Source: Octopus sinensis (lineage: Eukaryota). Taken from it: a DNA stretch of 64,000 nucleotides. The translations under genes and the position numbers were made by a program. Positions 40,380-53,617 of the stretch are shown here, piece after piece. The DNA lies in the NCBI RefSeq assembly GCF_006345805.1, contig NC_043008.1:22320001-22384000 (forward strand). Reading direction: 5' to 3'. The notes beneath the pieces are model-generated. The model was not told the DNA's origin and made no database searches. It worked only from the letters and a program-made list of their open reading frames with translations. Every line of letters begins with the position of its first letter. The first letter of the stretch is position 1.

Positions 40380-40759
40380 ATGTATGTGAGACAGAGAGAT
40401 AAAACAGAAACCAGCTGTTGCAGAATTGCAAAAAAAATTAATCTAATTTTTTTAAGAAATAACAATTTTCATAAACATAGATGCTTCTGAAAATTCATAA
40501 TTTGTCACTACTTTTATTTATGTATTTTTAATTGGTGTTATTTAATTTTTTTTTTAAATCAGATCTTGGCCTATATTTCAAGACATCTCTCAGTTTTTGT
40601 GCTATATTGATTTCTAAATGAAATATGATCAAATGTACCATTATTCTTAAAAGGTCTTTAAGAACTTATCACAGACTAATATGGGAAACTATTACTATTT
40701 CTCAAGCGTTTTACTGTTACCTTGGGAGAGGTAGGGTTCTGCTGTTGTAGGTGATATAT

Positions 40760-41829
40760 ATAGTTGTGTGGTAATAAAATTGCTTTCCAACTGCATTGTT
40801 CTGGGTTCAGTTCCACTGTGTGGCACCTTGGGCAAATGTCTTCTACTATAACTCTAGGCTGACCAAAGCCTCATGAGTGGATTTGATAGGTGGAAACTGA
40901 AAGAAACCTATCGTGTATAGGCTTAGCGAAATGCTTAGCGGTATTTTGTCTGCCGTTACGTTCTGAGTTCAAATTCCGCCGAAGTCGACTTTGCCTTTCA
41001 TCCTTTCGGTGTGGATAAATTAAGTACCAGTTATGTGCTGGGGTCGATGTAGTTGACTTGATCCCTTTGTCTGTCCTTGTTTGTCCCCTCTATGTTTAGC
41101 CCCTTGAGGGCAATAAAGAAATAAGAAGCCTATCATGTATATATGTATATATAGCTATGTGTACGTGTCTTTGTTTCTGTGTTTGTCATCCCACCCCATA
41201 ACACCTTGACATCTGGTGTTGGTGTGTTAACATCCCTGTAACTTAGCAGTTCAGCGAAAGAGGCCATTAGAATATTGCTAGGCTTAAAAAATAAGTCCTG
41301 GGGTTGATTTGTTCGACTAAAACTGCCTCCAGGCAGTGCTCCAGCATAGCCACAGTCAAATGACTGAAGCAAGTAAAAAAGTAAAAGAATATATATGTAT
41401 GTGCTCTCTTTCTCTCATTTTACTCTTTTACTTGTTTCACTCATTTGACTGTGGCCATGCTGGAGCACCGCCCTTAGTCGAGCAAATCAACCCCAGGACT
41501 TATTCTTTGCAAGCCTAGTACTTATTCTATTGGTCTCTTTTGCTGAACTGCTTAGTTATGGGGATGTAAACACACTAAACATCGGTTGTCAAGCGATGTT
41601 GGTGGGGACTGAACACAGACACAGAAACATATGTACACACACACATATATATATATATATACATATATACAATGGGCTTCTTTCAGTTTCCGTCAACTAA
41701 ATCCACACACAAGGCTTTGGTCAGCCAGAGACTATAGTAGAAGACACTTGCCCAAGGTGTCATGCAGTGGGACTGAACCCGGAACCATGTGGTTGTCAAG
41801 CGATGTTGGGGGGACAAACACATACACAC

Positions 41830-41876
<47 letters not shown>

Positions 41877-42033
41877 CGACAGGCTTCTTTCAGTTTTCAT
41901 CTACCAAATCAACTCACAAGGCTTTGGTTTGCCCAAGGCTATAGTAGAAGACACTTGCCCAAAGTGCCACACAGTGGGACTGAACCTGGGACCATGTGGT
42001 TGGTAAGCAAGCTACTTACCACATAGCTACTCC
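40760..42033. mobile_element. SINE cluster: SINE B (+) with nested SINE A (40921-41122), tail-to-tail with SINE B copies (-)
   Basis: The nested copy is flanked by aagaaacctatcgtgtata / aagaagcctatcatgtata; inverted B tails meet at ~41390-41420. Confidence 0.8.
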
Positions 42034-44524
42034 TTATATATATATATATACAATACACCTTTATAGATGAATCTACTAACCCTCACTCCCAGAAAATTAT
42101 TGATCCCCATGATTAAATTAGAAAAATTTATTATGTCTGTTGTTGTCATCGTTGTTGTTTTTAAGGAAACTGATGTGGTAGGAACAGCTGAGCATATTTA
42201 TATGACAACTTTTCACATTCTGAGTTCAAATCCTACCAAAGTCAGCTCCTCGTTTCATATTTACAGGGTGGCAGCATCAATATAATAAAGAACCATTGAA
42301 ATACTGAATCCAATATAAGCATCTAACCATGCCCCCCACCACTGACTCTTAAGCCTTGTGCCTATGTTAGAAAACAATCAATAATTAATATAATATTTAT
42401 ACTAATTACCAGAATATTAACAAATGTTACTGTCTAATTAACTTAAGTAGCTTTCAAACATTTATTTGTTTTTATATTTTTGTATCTATTTTTTTTTTAT
42501 TTATTTAATTGTTGATTATGCACGAGTGGTAGTTTATTTAATTACTAGATTTCTTAACGAGCATTGTTTCAGGAGACTTTGAGAGATTGTTATCTAATTA
42601 TAATAATAGATAGCCTTCTATATCAATCTGTATGCAAATTACTCCACAGCATATTAGCAGCCTTAGCAAATTAGAGCTTAGACATATATTTCCATGGAAT
42701 TATTTGCTCAACTCATAACCACATAACATTGTCAACTTCCACTCTTTCTCTCCCACCCACCACTTGTGTGTGTGTGTGTGAGTACATATGTTTCTAGCAG
42801 AATTGATCTTTGCTGCTTTCATGACCGTTAATTAACTGATGGTTGGAGACACAGCAGACCACATCAATAGGGTGTCGGCAAACTATTGATTAAAGGCTAA
42901 AATCAAAATTAATTATTCATTACATTCCAAATGAATATATTTCGTATATTTCACTGAAGTTGAACTAAAATATAGATTCTACCTTTCTAGATCTATACTT
43001 CTGTGGAGGCACATGGCCTAGTGGTTAGAGCAGTGGACTCACGGTCGAGGGATCATGGGTTCGAATCTCAGACCTGGTGATGTGTGTGTTTATGAGCGAA
43101 ACACCTAAGCTCCACGTGGCTCTGGCAGAAGGTAATGGTGAACTTCTGCTGACTCTTTCACCACAACTTTCTCTCACTCTTTCCTCCTGCGTCTTGCAGC
43201 TCACCTGCGAAGGACTGGCATCCCATCCAGGTGGGGAACCTATATGCCAAGGAAACCAGGAAACTGGCCCTTATGAGCCAGGCATAGCCAAAGAAGGAAC
43301 AAACAAAACAAGATCTATAATTTTAGATTACTTATTTCTGTATTGCCCACAAGAGGCTAAACATAGAGGGGACAAACAAGGACAGACAAAGGGATTAAGC
43401 CGATTACATCGACCCCAGTGCATAACTGGTACTTAATTTATCGACCCTGAAAGGATAAAAGACAAAGTCGAACCTTGGCGGAATTTGAACTCAGAATGTA
43501 ACGGCAGAAAAGAAAAGACCATTTTAAGACAAGGCTATAAAATGCTCTGAGTTGAAATTGAACCGAGGTCAAATTTGATTCTCATACTTTTACATTACTG
43601 AGAAAGGGTGCACAGCCTTTGTGTACATGCTTGTATATGTATTTACACATGTGAGTACATATCATTGTCATCATTTAGTGTCCATTTTTCCATGCTCGAA
43701 TGGATTTGGTTAGCTAAGACCATAGTAGAAGAATTTACCCATGGTGCTGTGCAGTAGGACTGAACCAAAAACCATGAGGGTAGGAATCAAACATCCCAAC
43801 TACAGAGCCATGATTACACCTGCCAATCATAAAAAAAAAGAAAAGACCATTTTAAGACAATGCTCTGAGTTGAAATTCAACCGAGGTCAGCTTTGACTCT
43901 CATCTTTCCAAGGCTGATAAAACAGGTACCAGCTGAAAACTGGGATTAATGTAATCCCCATTAAATCCCTAATCCAAGATTCCAAGCCTTGTACCTGTAG
44001 TAGAAAGGATTATACTAATACACTGAGCTCTCTAATCTTTTCCTTCCTTTATCATGAATTCTTTATAACATTCCGAAATTATGAATGATAATGTAAAATT
44101 CTCCAAGAAAATCATGTGGGCCTTTTTCGCTTTTTTTGTTTTTCATTTTTGGTTTTCTTACCTTTTTTTTTTCAATTCTACCATTTATGACATGCTGCAT
44201 AACAAACTTTATACAAGTCTTGCCAATCTTCATTGCAAAATTCCTGCTGCTTTTCACGAAACGGTTAAGATTTTTACATGCCCCAAAGAATTTCACTCTG
44301 CAGGTATTCTAAGGAAGTTTTTGGTTTTTTTTTTTTTGATGATGATGATGACAGGAATTTATACCATCTTCAGGTGTAATTAATAATTGAAATGTTGACT
44401 CCATAGTTTTTACACCTGTGACTTGTTTACGTCACCAGGTAACGCAGGAATGATGTGTCCTCCCACACGACGACAAACAACAGGATTTGTGATTGTGAGG
44501 GATGAAAATGACATTGGATGACAA

Positions 44525-45000
44525 TGGGGGTGGGGGTGGGGGTGGTAGTGGCGGTGGTGTTGTGATGATGATGGTGACGCTGGTAATGGTGGTGGAGGTG
44601 GTGGAGGTGGTGGTAAAGGCAGATGAAATGGTGATGGTGGCAATGGTGTAATGTGGTAGTGGTGGTGTGATGTTGATGATAATGATGATGATGATGGTTG
44701 TGGTGGCAGTGGTGGTGGTGGTGGTGGTGGTGGTTGTGGTGGCAATGGTGGTGGTGGTTGTGGTGGCAATGATGGTTGTGACGGTGGTGGTGGTGGTGGT
44801 GGAGGTGATAATGGTGGTTGTGGTGGTGATAGTGGCAGTGGTGTGATGTTGGTGGTGGTGGTGGTGGTGGTGGTATTGGTGGTGGTTCTGGTGATGATGA
44901 CAGTGATGTGATGTTGGTAGTGGTGGTGGTGCTGGTGCTGGTGCTGGTGCTGGTGGTGGTGGTGGTGGTGGTGGTTGTGGTGGTTGTGGTGGTGGTGGTT
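44525..45000. repeat. (GGT)n-rich low-complexity tract
   Basis: Direct reading; similar tracts at 14745-14880 and 63555-63860. Confidence 0.9.
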
Positions 45001-45459
45001 ATTTCGGTGATGCTGGAGGAAGACAAAGTCTATGATGATGATATAACCAACCATACAAAGAATGAAAACTAGATATAGCGAAAAAGTGAAAGAAAAGCCC
45101 TCCCCGCCCACTTCCCACTCTCTCTGCCTCTTTTTTCTTTCCTTCTCTCTCTTTCTCTCTCTCTCTCTCCCCCCACCCTATGACTAACACGTCTTCATTC
45201 TTGTTTCAACACCATTTCCTTCAATACATCCCACAGTAAAATGTATTATTATGGTCATGCAACCAATAAGTAAAATGGAAATATTTCAGACAAACTGTAA
45301 TTTAATAAAACTCTAAGGTTGCAATTATTACAATGATGTATGCAATTAAAATAAATTCGTCAAAGCAAAGATCATGCAAGGATACTTGCATATATTTATT
45401 TATACACGCACACATAGATGTATACATGCATACACAGGGCTAAACACTCTCACATTCGT

Positions 45460-46160
45460 TGTCGTCGTTTTAACATCCGCTTTCCATGCTGGCATGGGTT
45501 GGATGGTTTGACTGAGAACTGACAAGTCAGGAGGCTACACCATGCTCCAATCTGATCTGGCAAGGTTTCTACAGCTGGATGGCCTTCCACTCCGAGAGTG
45601 TAGTTGGTGCTTTTTATGTGTCACCAGCATGGGAGCCAGTCAGGTCACACTGGCACTTGTCAAGCTCAAATGGTGCTTTTTTTTGTGCCATCGGCACAGG
45701 TACCAGTCAGGTGGCAGTGGGATCAGCCATGCTTGAATGGTTCTTTTCTCTCAAGATGCTTACACTCTTTTTTTGCATGCACTCAGACAGTGCACATCCA
45801 GCGAAGCATACTAGCTTCATTTCTTTCGAACCTACACATATCTTTGGTGGTCACAGCCCATATTTCATTGCCATGTAGCATGGCTGTTCACACACAGGCA
45901 TCATACAGCCTACCTTCCACTCTGAGGGAGAGGCCCTTTGTTACCAACAGATGTAGAAGCTCTCTGAACTTTGCCCAGCCTATTCTTATTCTGGCAGCTA
46001 TGTTCTTGGAGCATCCACTTCCTCTATTGATTTGGTCACCTAGAAGCTATCAACTACTTCTAGCTTTTCTCTCTGGCATTGGATGGGGTCTATTTTCTGG
46101 GTCTATTTTTAGTGTTTATTGTACCTGTACACCTTCCACGAGCAAAAACTATTTTCCCTG
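45460..46160 (-). mobile_element. RTE-clade LINE fragment with 3' UTR
   Basis: LEVVDSF/LGDQI..GCSKNIAARIRIGWAKFRELL..LYDACV..ERNEASMLRWM, joined to the aagg-catccagc...ccaacccatgccagcatggaaagcggatgttaa 3' end. Confidence 0.8.
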
Positions 46161-46201
46161 TTAACCTTCTTCTGATGTTGGTGCACCTCTTATGTGTCCT
46201 C

Positions 46202-47088
46202 ATGGTCTGATCAATGAGTATCCGGACTGTTGCCATAGTAACAAAGCTAAAGCACGTAGAGTAAAGCCACATGGTACAGGTTGACTTTAAACTCTACTGT
46301 GTGCGCACACTAAGTTTTCTAGCTCACTTCCACTATTTACAGCAGTGCTTGGAAGAAAAGTATGTAATGTATGATCATTGCATTGAACATGACAGAGAAA
46401 GTTGAGCAGAGACTCTGCATCAAATTTTGCCAAAAGCTACATGATACCTGCTCAGAGGCCTATGCTAAGTTTTCAGAAAGTTTACATCGTTCTCGACACA
46501 GTCAAGGAGCTCTTTGTGCAACTGAAACCCAAGTGTCTTTTTGGTCAACAGAAAGCAGTCTTGGCATGAACTTGACAGACATGCGTCTCATACCCAAATC
46601 TTCAGTGATAATGGACTGAACTGAACCGTAACTAACCTTCACATCCTCTCATAACTCACAGATGGTGATTTGACAATTTTCCCTCACAGTTGCATGCACA
46701 TCTGCAATGTTTTTCTCAGTTCTGCTGGTTGTGGGTCTCTCAGAACATTTGTCAATATCGCCCTTTTTTCAGCCAACTTAGAAACATCTCAACCACTCAT
46801 ACATTTGTGTGTGGTTCATACACTCCTCTCCATACACTTTCTGCAAGTTTGCGTAGGCCTCTGAGCAGGTATCACCATGACAGCTTTCTCTGTCATGGTC
46901 AATGCAATGATCACACTCTACACACCTTCTTTCCTAGTACTGCTATAAACAGCAGAAGTGAGCTAGAAGGTTAACACTTAATGCACATGCACAGTAGAAG
47001 TCAAGGTCAATCTGTGCCAAGTGGCTTTACTCTGCATGCTTTAGCTTCGTTACTATGGCAGCAGTTTAGATACTTATTGATCAGACCT
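46202..47088. mobile_element. Fold-back mariner derivative with two 5' ends in inverted orientation
   Basis: 46202-46480 is the reverse complement of ~46840-47088; + strand MTEKVEQRLCIKFCQK (mariner HTH N-terminus); - strand SYGSVQSIITEDLGMRRMSVKFMPRLL. Confidence 0.8.
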
Positions 47089-47349
47089 TGTGTGTGTGTA
47101 TATATATATATATATTATTCTTTTACTTGTTTCAATCATTTGTCTGCAGCCATGCTGGAGCACCACATTTAGTCGGACAAATCAACCCCAGGACTTATTC
47201 TTTATAAGCCTAGTACTTATTCTATTGGTGTCTTTTTGCCAAACCGCTAAGTGATGGAAACGTAAACACACCAACATCAGTTGTCAAGCAATGGTGGGGT
47301 GGACAAATAAAGATACAAATAACAAATACATACATACATACACACACAC

Positions 47350-47384
<35 letters not shown>

Positions 47385-48494
47385 CGTATATATATATATA
47401 TATATATATACAACAGGCTTCTTTCAGTTTCTGTCTACCCAATCCACTCACAAGGCTTTGGTCAGCCTGAGACTATAGTAGAAGACACTTGCCCAAGGTG
47501 CCATGTAGTGAGACTGAACCCAGAACCATGTGGTTTAGGAAGTAAGCTTCTTACCACACAGCCACTCCTGATATATATATAACACATATACATGCATTAC
47601 ATGCATATATAATGCTGACTTGGAATAGAGTGGATATGACATTGAAAAAAATCATGATTGATGAAATAGATTTGGCAAACAACTGACTGATTAATTAACC
47701 AAATGATTCTTCAAATGTTTAATTATTTAGTGAGTTAAATAGCAAACCTATTGATAAATAAGCACAAAAGAAGTAAAACTGAAACAACACATGTGTTCAT
47801 TATTGGCAAAATGACCCTCCCAAGATAACAAAAAATTGTTTATTTCACCTCATGAAAATTCACATCAAGAATCTCTCAAACTAAATACTAAAACAAAATG
47901 TGTGTGTGTGTGTGTGCATGTACACACAAACACATCTGCGTCAATTTGGAAAGTTTCCAAGCTACTCACTCTCCATAGAATCAAACTAAGCACTTGATGT
48001 AAAAAAAAAACAAAAAAAAAGTGCAGACTAATTAGTTTATACACATGTAGTAAAGCCATTTGAATCCATTAAACAAGAAAATAGTCTAAATTATTTAACT
48101 CAAAATAAACTTTTAGCAATTAATCAACGTGGCTTTCTAACAAATTACCCAGCAATTACAGGACACCTCTCTTGCCTAGATGCTTCAATGAAAGAGATGG
48201 ATCATTAACACTACAGGAGTTATTCTCCACAACGATTACGGCAAAAGTATTTGATTTTCTCTTCTGACAGCAAATTCTTCAATCTCTCTCTCCTTATTGC
48301 TCTCTCTCTCTCCCTTTCTCTTCCTTCTTCTCTCATGATACACCCCGATCTTTGGAAACCATACTACAGTGTACAGCTTGCACCATTTCCAAGTAAGGGG
48401 ATCCACCCAGCCCTGCTAGCTGCCTTTCTGTCACACTCATTTCCAATAATTTCCAAACGCATTCTTAACAAAAGTATTCTGCAACTGTCTCTCA

Positions 48495-48550
<56 letters not shown>

Positions 48551-50335
48551 CTCTTTCTATCTCTCTCTCCACCTTCTCTCTGCCCTCTCCCCTCCATCTC
48601 CCCCTCCCTTGCCCACTCTCTCTCTCTCTCTCCTTTGTCTCGCACCCTCTCTCTCCCTTCGTCTCTCACCCTCTCTTTCTCTCTTTCCCTTTCTCTCCCT
48701 CCCTCCTTCCCTCCCTCTTCCGCTTCCTTTCTCTCCCCTCTCCCCCTCTCTTCTCTCTTTAATGACCACTGTTACTCAACACAGAATAGGCTTCACTGAC
48801 CATTGCTAATATGCAGAACAAAAGGCCATGTTAGATGTTACATACATATTGGACACTGCTGCATCTTGATAAAGGACAAAGGCCACTTAACACAATGTTA
48901 TTGGCAGAGACACAATACATTAAATTGAGGACTTCCCAAAGCTAATAAGGGTCACAGATTCCTGGCGCAAAGATGTGAAACTCAAATCATTTATGGCCAA
49001 AAAGAATGGACACCACATCCATAAAGTTAGATTTAATGGAGCTCTACCCTCTTTCATCATCCACCAGTGGCCTCTAACTTTCAATAAATTGGTTGAAAAC
49101 AATATACTGTAACCTATTTCTTTACTACCCACAAGGGGCTAAACACAGAGAGAACAAACAAGGACAGACAAACGGATTAAGTTGATTATATCGACCCCAG
49201 TGCGTAACTGGTACTTATTTAATCGACCCCGAAAGGATGAAAGGCAAAGTCGACCTCGGCGGAATTTGAACTCAGGACGTAAAGACAGACGAAATACTGC
49301 TAAGTATTTTGCCTGACGTGCTAACAATTCTGCCAGCTCATCACCTTATCGGCCAGCTCTTCACCTTATATGTACAATATACTGTAACCAGTGGCAGATT
49401 GGGTCTAAAAATATTGGTTGCCAGGAAACTAAGGGGGCCCACCCACAACTACAATGCCATCATTTAATTATTTTTTTTTTTTGTTAAAAGTATTCGTGAT
49501 GCAGCACGAATTTTTGTCAGTGAACAGGTCGCGGTTTTAAAGCGACGAAAATATTTTGACAAATTAAACTTAAATGTTGAAGTGAATCGAACGGCTTTTG
49601 TGTGTTTCTTAAATGGCTTACAAACACCTTCCATGCTGCAATTGTATTCTTTTCAGTTGCCTACAAACACAACCAGGCTAAAATAATTAATGCATACTTC
49701 CGGGAGTGAATAAAAAAATTCTCAAACTTTAGGAGATGGGCCCCTTAGATACTAACATGGGCCCCCATATATGGGTTCTTATGGCGCAGGGGCCCTCTTG
49801 CTATCAGGAAAGCTGGCAACCTTCAACCTGTAACCTTCAATATCAGCGAAGCTTTCAACCATAAAAACTGCCCACTTAGTATTCTCATCTCTCATATTCT
49901 CTCTTTTACTCTTTTAATTGTTTCAGTCATTTGACTGCGGCCATACTGGAGCACTGCCTTTAGTCGAGCAAATCAACCCCAGGACTTATTCTTTGTAAGC
50001 CTAGTACTTATACTATCAGTACCTTTTGCTAAATCGCTAAGTTACGGTGACATAAATACACCAGCATTGGTTGTCAAGTGATGTTAGGGGGGGATAAACA
50101 CAGACTCACAAAGACACACACACATATATATACATATACATATATATACGACGGGCTTCTTTCAGTTTCCGTCTACCAAGTCCACTCACAAAGCTTTGGT
50201 CAGCCCGAGGCTATAGTAGAAGACACTTACCCAAGGTGCCACAGAGTGGGACTGAACCCAGAACCATGTGGTTGGTTAACAAGCTACTTACCACATAGCC
50301 ACTCCTGCACCTATATATATTTATATATACATATA

Positions 50336-50426
<91 letters not shown>

Positions 50427-50818
50427 CATATATAGATATAAATATATCAGGTACTTATTCATATGTGGTTTGATGTGGTGGTAGATGATGAAAGAATGAA
50501 TGTTATTTGCTGTTTGAGGTTATCTTAATGTCTCTTAATCTAAGAAAAACAAACGGATATTAATACCCAGAGGTGACGGAAATTATTAGAAAGATTGATA
50601 TAATTGGATTGTAACTAGAGATATTTCCGGGGGAATTTCCTGCATCATTGTCTCTCCACACATTTATCACATTCTTTGCTTTAATCATACATCTATCATG
50701 TGACCTTTGTCGAAAATGCAACTTTCATAGCTATAGATAGGTAACTAGATAGATAGATTGATCGATCGATAGATCAATAGATAGAGAGATAGAGAGAGAG
50801 AGAAAAAGACAGAAAGAT

Positions 50819-50866
<48 letters not shown>

Positions 50867-50932
50867 GGATGGATGGATGACTGGACAGACGGACGGATGG
50901 ACAGACGGACAGACAGACAGATAGTACTAGAT

Positions 50933-51157
50933 CAGGGGTGGGCAAACTACGGCCCGCGGGCCGCATGCGGCCTGCCATAGGTTTTCATGCGGCCCGCTGA
51001 GAGCTTTTATGAATCCCAACTTCTATGCAGATACTTCGTAACTGTTTCAGTTGTACGGTAATTCACAATATTTTCACTTGATTTTTATAAATGAGGCCCG
51101 CCAAGGTTCCAAAGATGCACTGTGCGGCCCGCGATCAAAAAAGTTTGCCCACCCCTG
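50933..51157. mobile_element. hAT (Charlie/Buster-type) MITE, 225 bp
   Basis: Perfect 16-bp TIRs CAGGGGTGGGCAAACT / AGTTTGCCCACCCCTG with subterminal gcggcc motifs. Confidence 0.85.
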
Positions 51158-51379
51158 GCAATAGATAGAGAGATAGAGAGAGAGAGAAAGAGACAGAAAG
51201 ATAGATAGATAGATAGATTGATAGATAGATAGATAGATGGATGGATGGATGGATGGATGACTGGACAGATGGACGGATGGACAGACGGACAGACAGACAG
51301 ATAGTACTAGATTCTTGATATAGATCATAGAGAAAGGTTTGCTGTAGCCATCATAATCATCATCATCATCAATTTTGGA

Positions 51380-51680
51380 CTCTCTTCAGTCATGACTGAC
51401 CATGGTATTGTACCTAGAAATTACCCTCCAAGGCACAAGTTTGAGCAGTCACCCATGCATACCAGCCTCCCCTCTCCTTGCCACTGATGTTATCCAAGGG
51501 AAAGGCAAAGGGGTCGATACAGCTTGGCACCAGTGACATCACAACTCATTTCTACAGATGAGTGAATTGGAGCAACATGAAATAAAGTATCTTGTTCAAG
51601 TACACAACACAGCCCGGTCTGGGAATTGAACTCACTACCTCATGATTGCGAGCCAGACACTCTCACTACTGAGCCATGCT
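51380..51680 (-). mobile_element. CORE-type SINE (similar heads at 3728-4010(+), 13250-13470(+), 37140-37245(+))
   Basis: tggctcagtagtg A box, gagttcaattcc B box, ttgtgt.cttga.caaga.acttt core segment. Confidence 0.6.
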
Positions 51681-52992
51681 CTTCCTATCACCAATCTTCT
51701 CTTATTTCCAAGCAAGGTAATATTTCCCCATGGCTAGATATGCTTGCAGAATAATGGAAATGAACGACACTTCTTTTTGTATGACTATGACACTTATTTA
51801 TGACAACTATCACGTGATGTCAAGACAAGCAAACACTTGCCCAAGGTGCCATGCTGTGGGACTGAACCTGGAACCACATAATTGGGAAACAATTCTTAAG
51901 TACATAGCCATGTCACATGTTTCCAAAATGTCTTTGATTTTCTATACAAGCCAAAAGCAACATCACATATGAAAATCACCAAGAATATATGACCAAGAGA
52001 AATGTCACATTCAAATATATTTTACTGTTTTATTTATAACCAGGAGGCACAATGGCCCAGTAATTAGGGCAGTGGGCTTACGGTCAGAGGATCATGGTTT
52101 CGATTCCCAGACCGGGCTTTGTGTGTGTTTATTAAGCGAAAACACCTAAAAGCTCCACAAGGCTCTGGCAGTGGGTGGCAGCGACCCCTGTTGTACTCTT
52201 TCACCACAACTTTCTCTCATTCTCTCTTCCTGTTTCTAGAGTAATGCTGCGATGGGGATAACACATACGCCACAGAAACCGGGAAACTGGGCCCATGAGC
52301 CTGGCTAAGCTTGAAAAGGGCGATGTTAATTTATAACCAACAAATACAGAAATAGTACAGAGTCATTTTAGATTTCTTATGAAGAACTGCATGTCTGCTA
52401 TAAGATATATGGAGTGACTAACGCAACAATGTTTGTTTGTTCCTTCTCAAGCCATGCCCGGCTCATGGGCTGGTTTCCCAGTTTCCTTGATGTATAGGTT
52501 CTCCACCTGGATGGGACGCTAGTCCGTTGCAGGTGAGCTGCAAGATGCAGGAGAAAAGAGTGAGAGAAAGTTCTGGCGAAGGAGTCAGCAGAAGTTCGCC
52601 ATTACCTTCTGCCGGAGCCGCATAGAGCTTAGGTGTTTCGCTCTTAAACACACACACCACTTGGTTTGAAATTCGAACCTACAATCCATCGACCGCGAGT
52701 CTGCTGCTCTAACCACTAGGCCATGTGTCTCCACCTAACGCAACTAACTCTATATAAATGCTATATCAACACCAACAGATGACTAAAGCAACATTCTGGA
52801 TTGAGATTTGTTTTTTGCTTTAGTTTTGTTGTTTTTTCTTGTTTCTTAGTAATTTATTTCCTGTAGCTCAACTCTGTTCAATAGTTATGTTGCTTTCATT
52901 TTGTACCGGAAGATAAGCATGTTTCCAAAATATTAAATTTCTGCGGAGTTGCCAAAAAATACAGTCTAGGAATATATACAATTCATTGCATG

Positions 52993-53252
52993 AGAAGGTT
53001 TGAAAATGCAATTTTAAAAATGTTTATTCACTTGACCGGTTTCACTTTTTTAGGAAAAGATTGTCAAAAGTAAAATGTAAAGCTTCGTAAAAGCTTTGTT
53101 GTGTTAAGTACTGGTTGTCACAAAAGTATTAAAATACATATATACATTCTTTAATAATAAGAAAATATTAAAAACAGTTTACAAGAAAGTATTTAAGAAA
53201 GTATTCAACAAAAAGTATTAGGAGTACAATAAAAATCATGTTTGTTTGGTAG

Positions 53253-53283
<31 letters not shown>

Positions 53284-53546
53284 CTACCAAACAAACATGA
53301 TTTTTATTGAACTCCTAATACTTTTTGTTGAATACTTTTTTAGATACTTTCTTGTAAACTGTTTTTAACATTTTCTTATTATTATCAAGGAATGTATATA
53401 TGTATTTTAATACTTTTGTGACAGACAGTACTTAACACAACAAAGCTTATACAAAACTTTACATTTTACTTTTGACAATCTCTTTCTAAAAAAGTGAAAC
53501 CGGTCAAGTGAATAAACATCTTTAAAATTGCATTTTCAAACCTTCT
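52993..53546. repeat. ~550-bp palindrome (two ~260-bp arms around a (TA)n centre) with a decayed hammerhead in each arm
   Basis: Arms 52993-53253 and 53283-53546 are near-perfect reverse complements; actt-TTGACAA...GAA-ACCGGT-C-aagt at 53468-53509 (+) and 53030-53071 (-). Confidence 0.85.
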
Positions 53547-53617
53547 TTCATATATATTTCCACTTGCGCGGTATCTTACAACTTTACTTTGTCATATATA
53601 TATATATATATATATGT

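Noticed and set aside
44040-44400. ORFs 44063-44296 and 44081-44383
   Set aside because: No recognisable motif; possibly a decayed transposon end, but I cannot support a call.
48251-48799. 182-aa ORF
   Set aside because: Mostly (CT)n; the unique middle has no convincing splice pair or motif.
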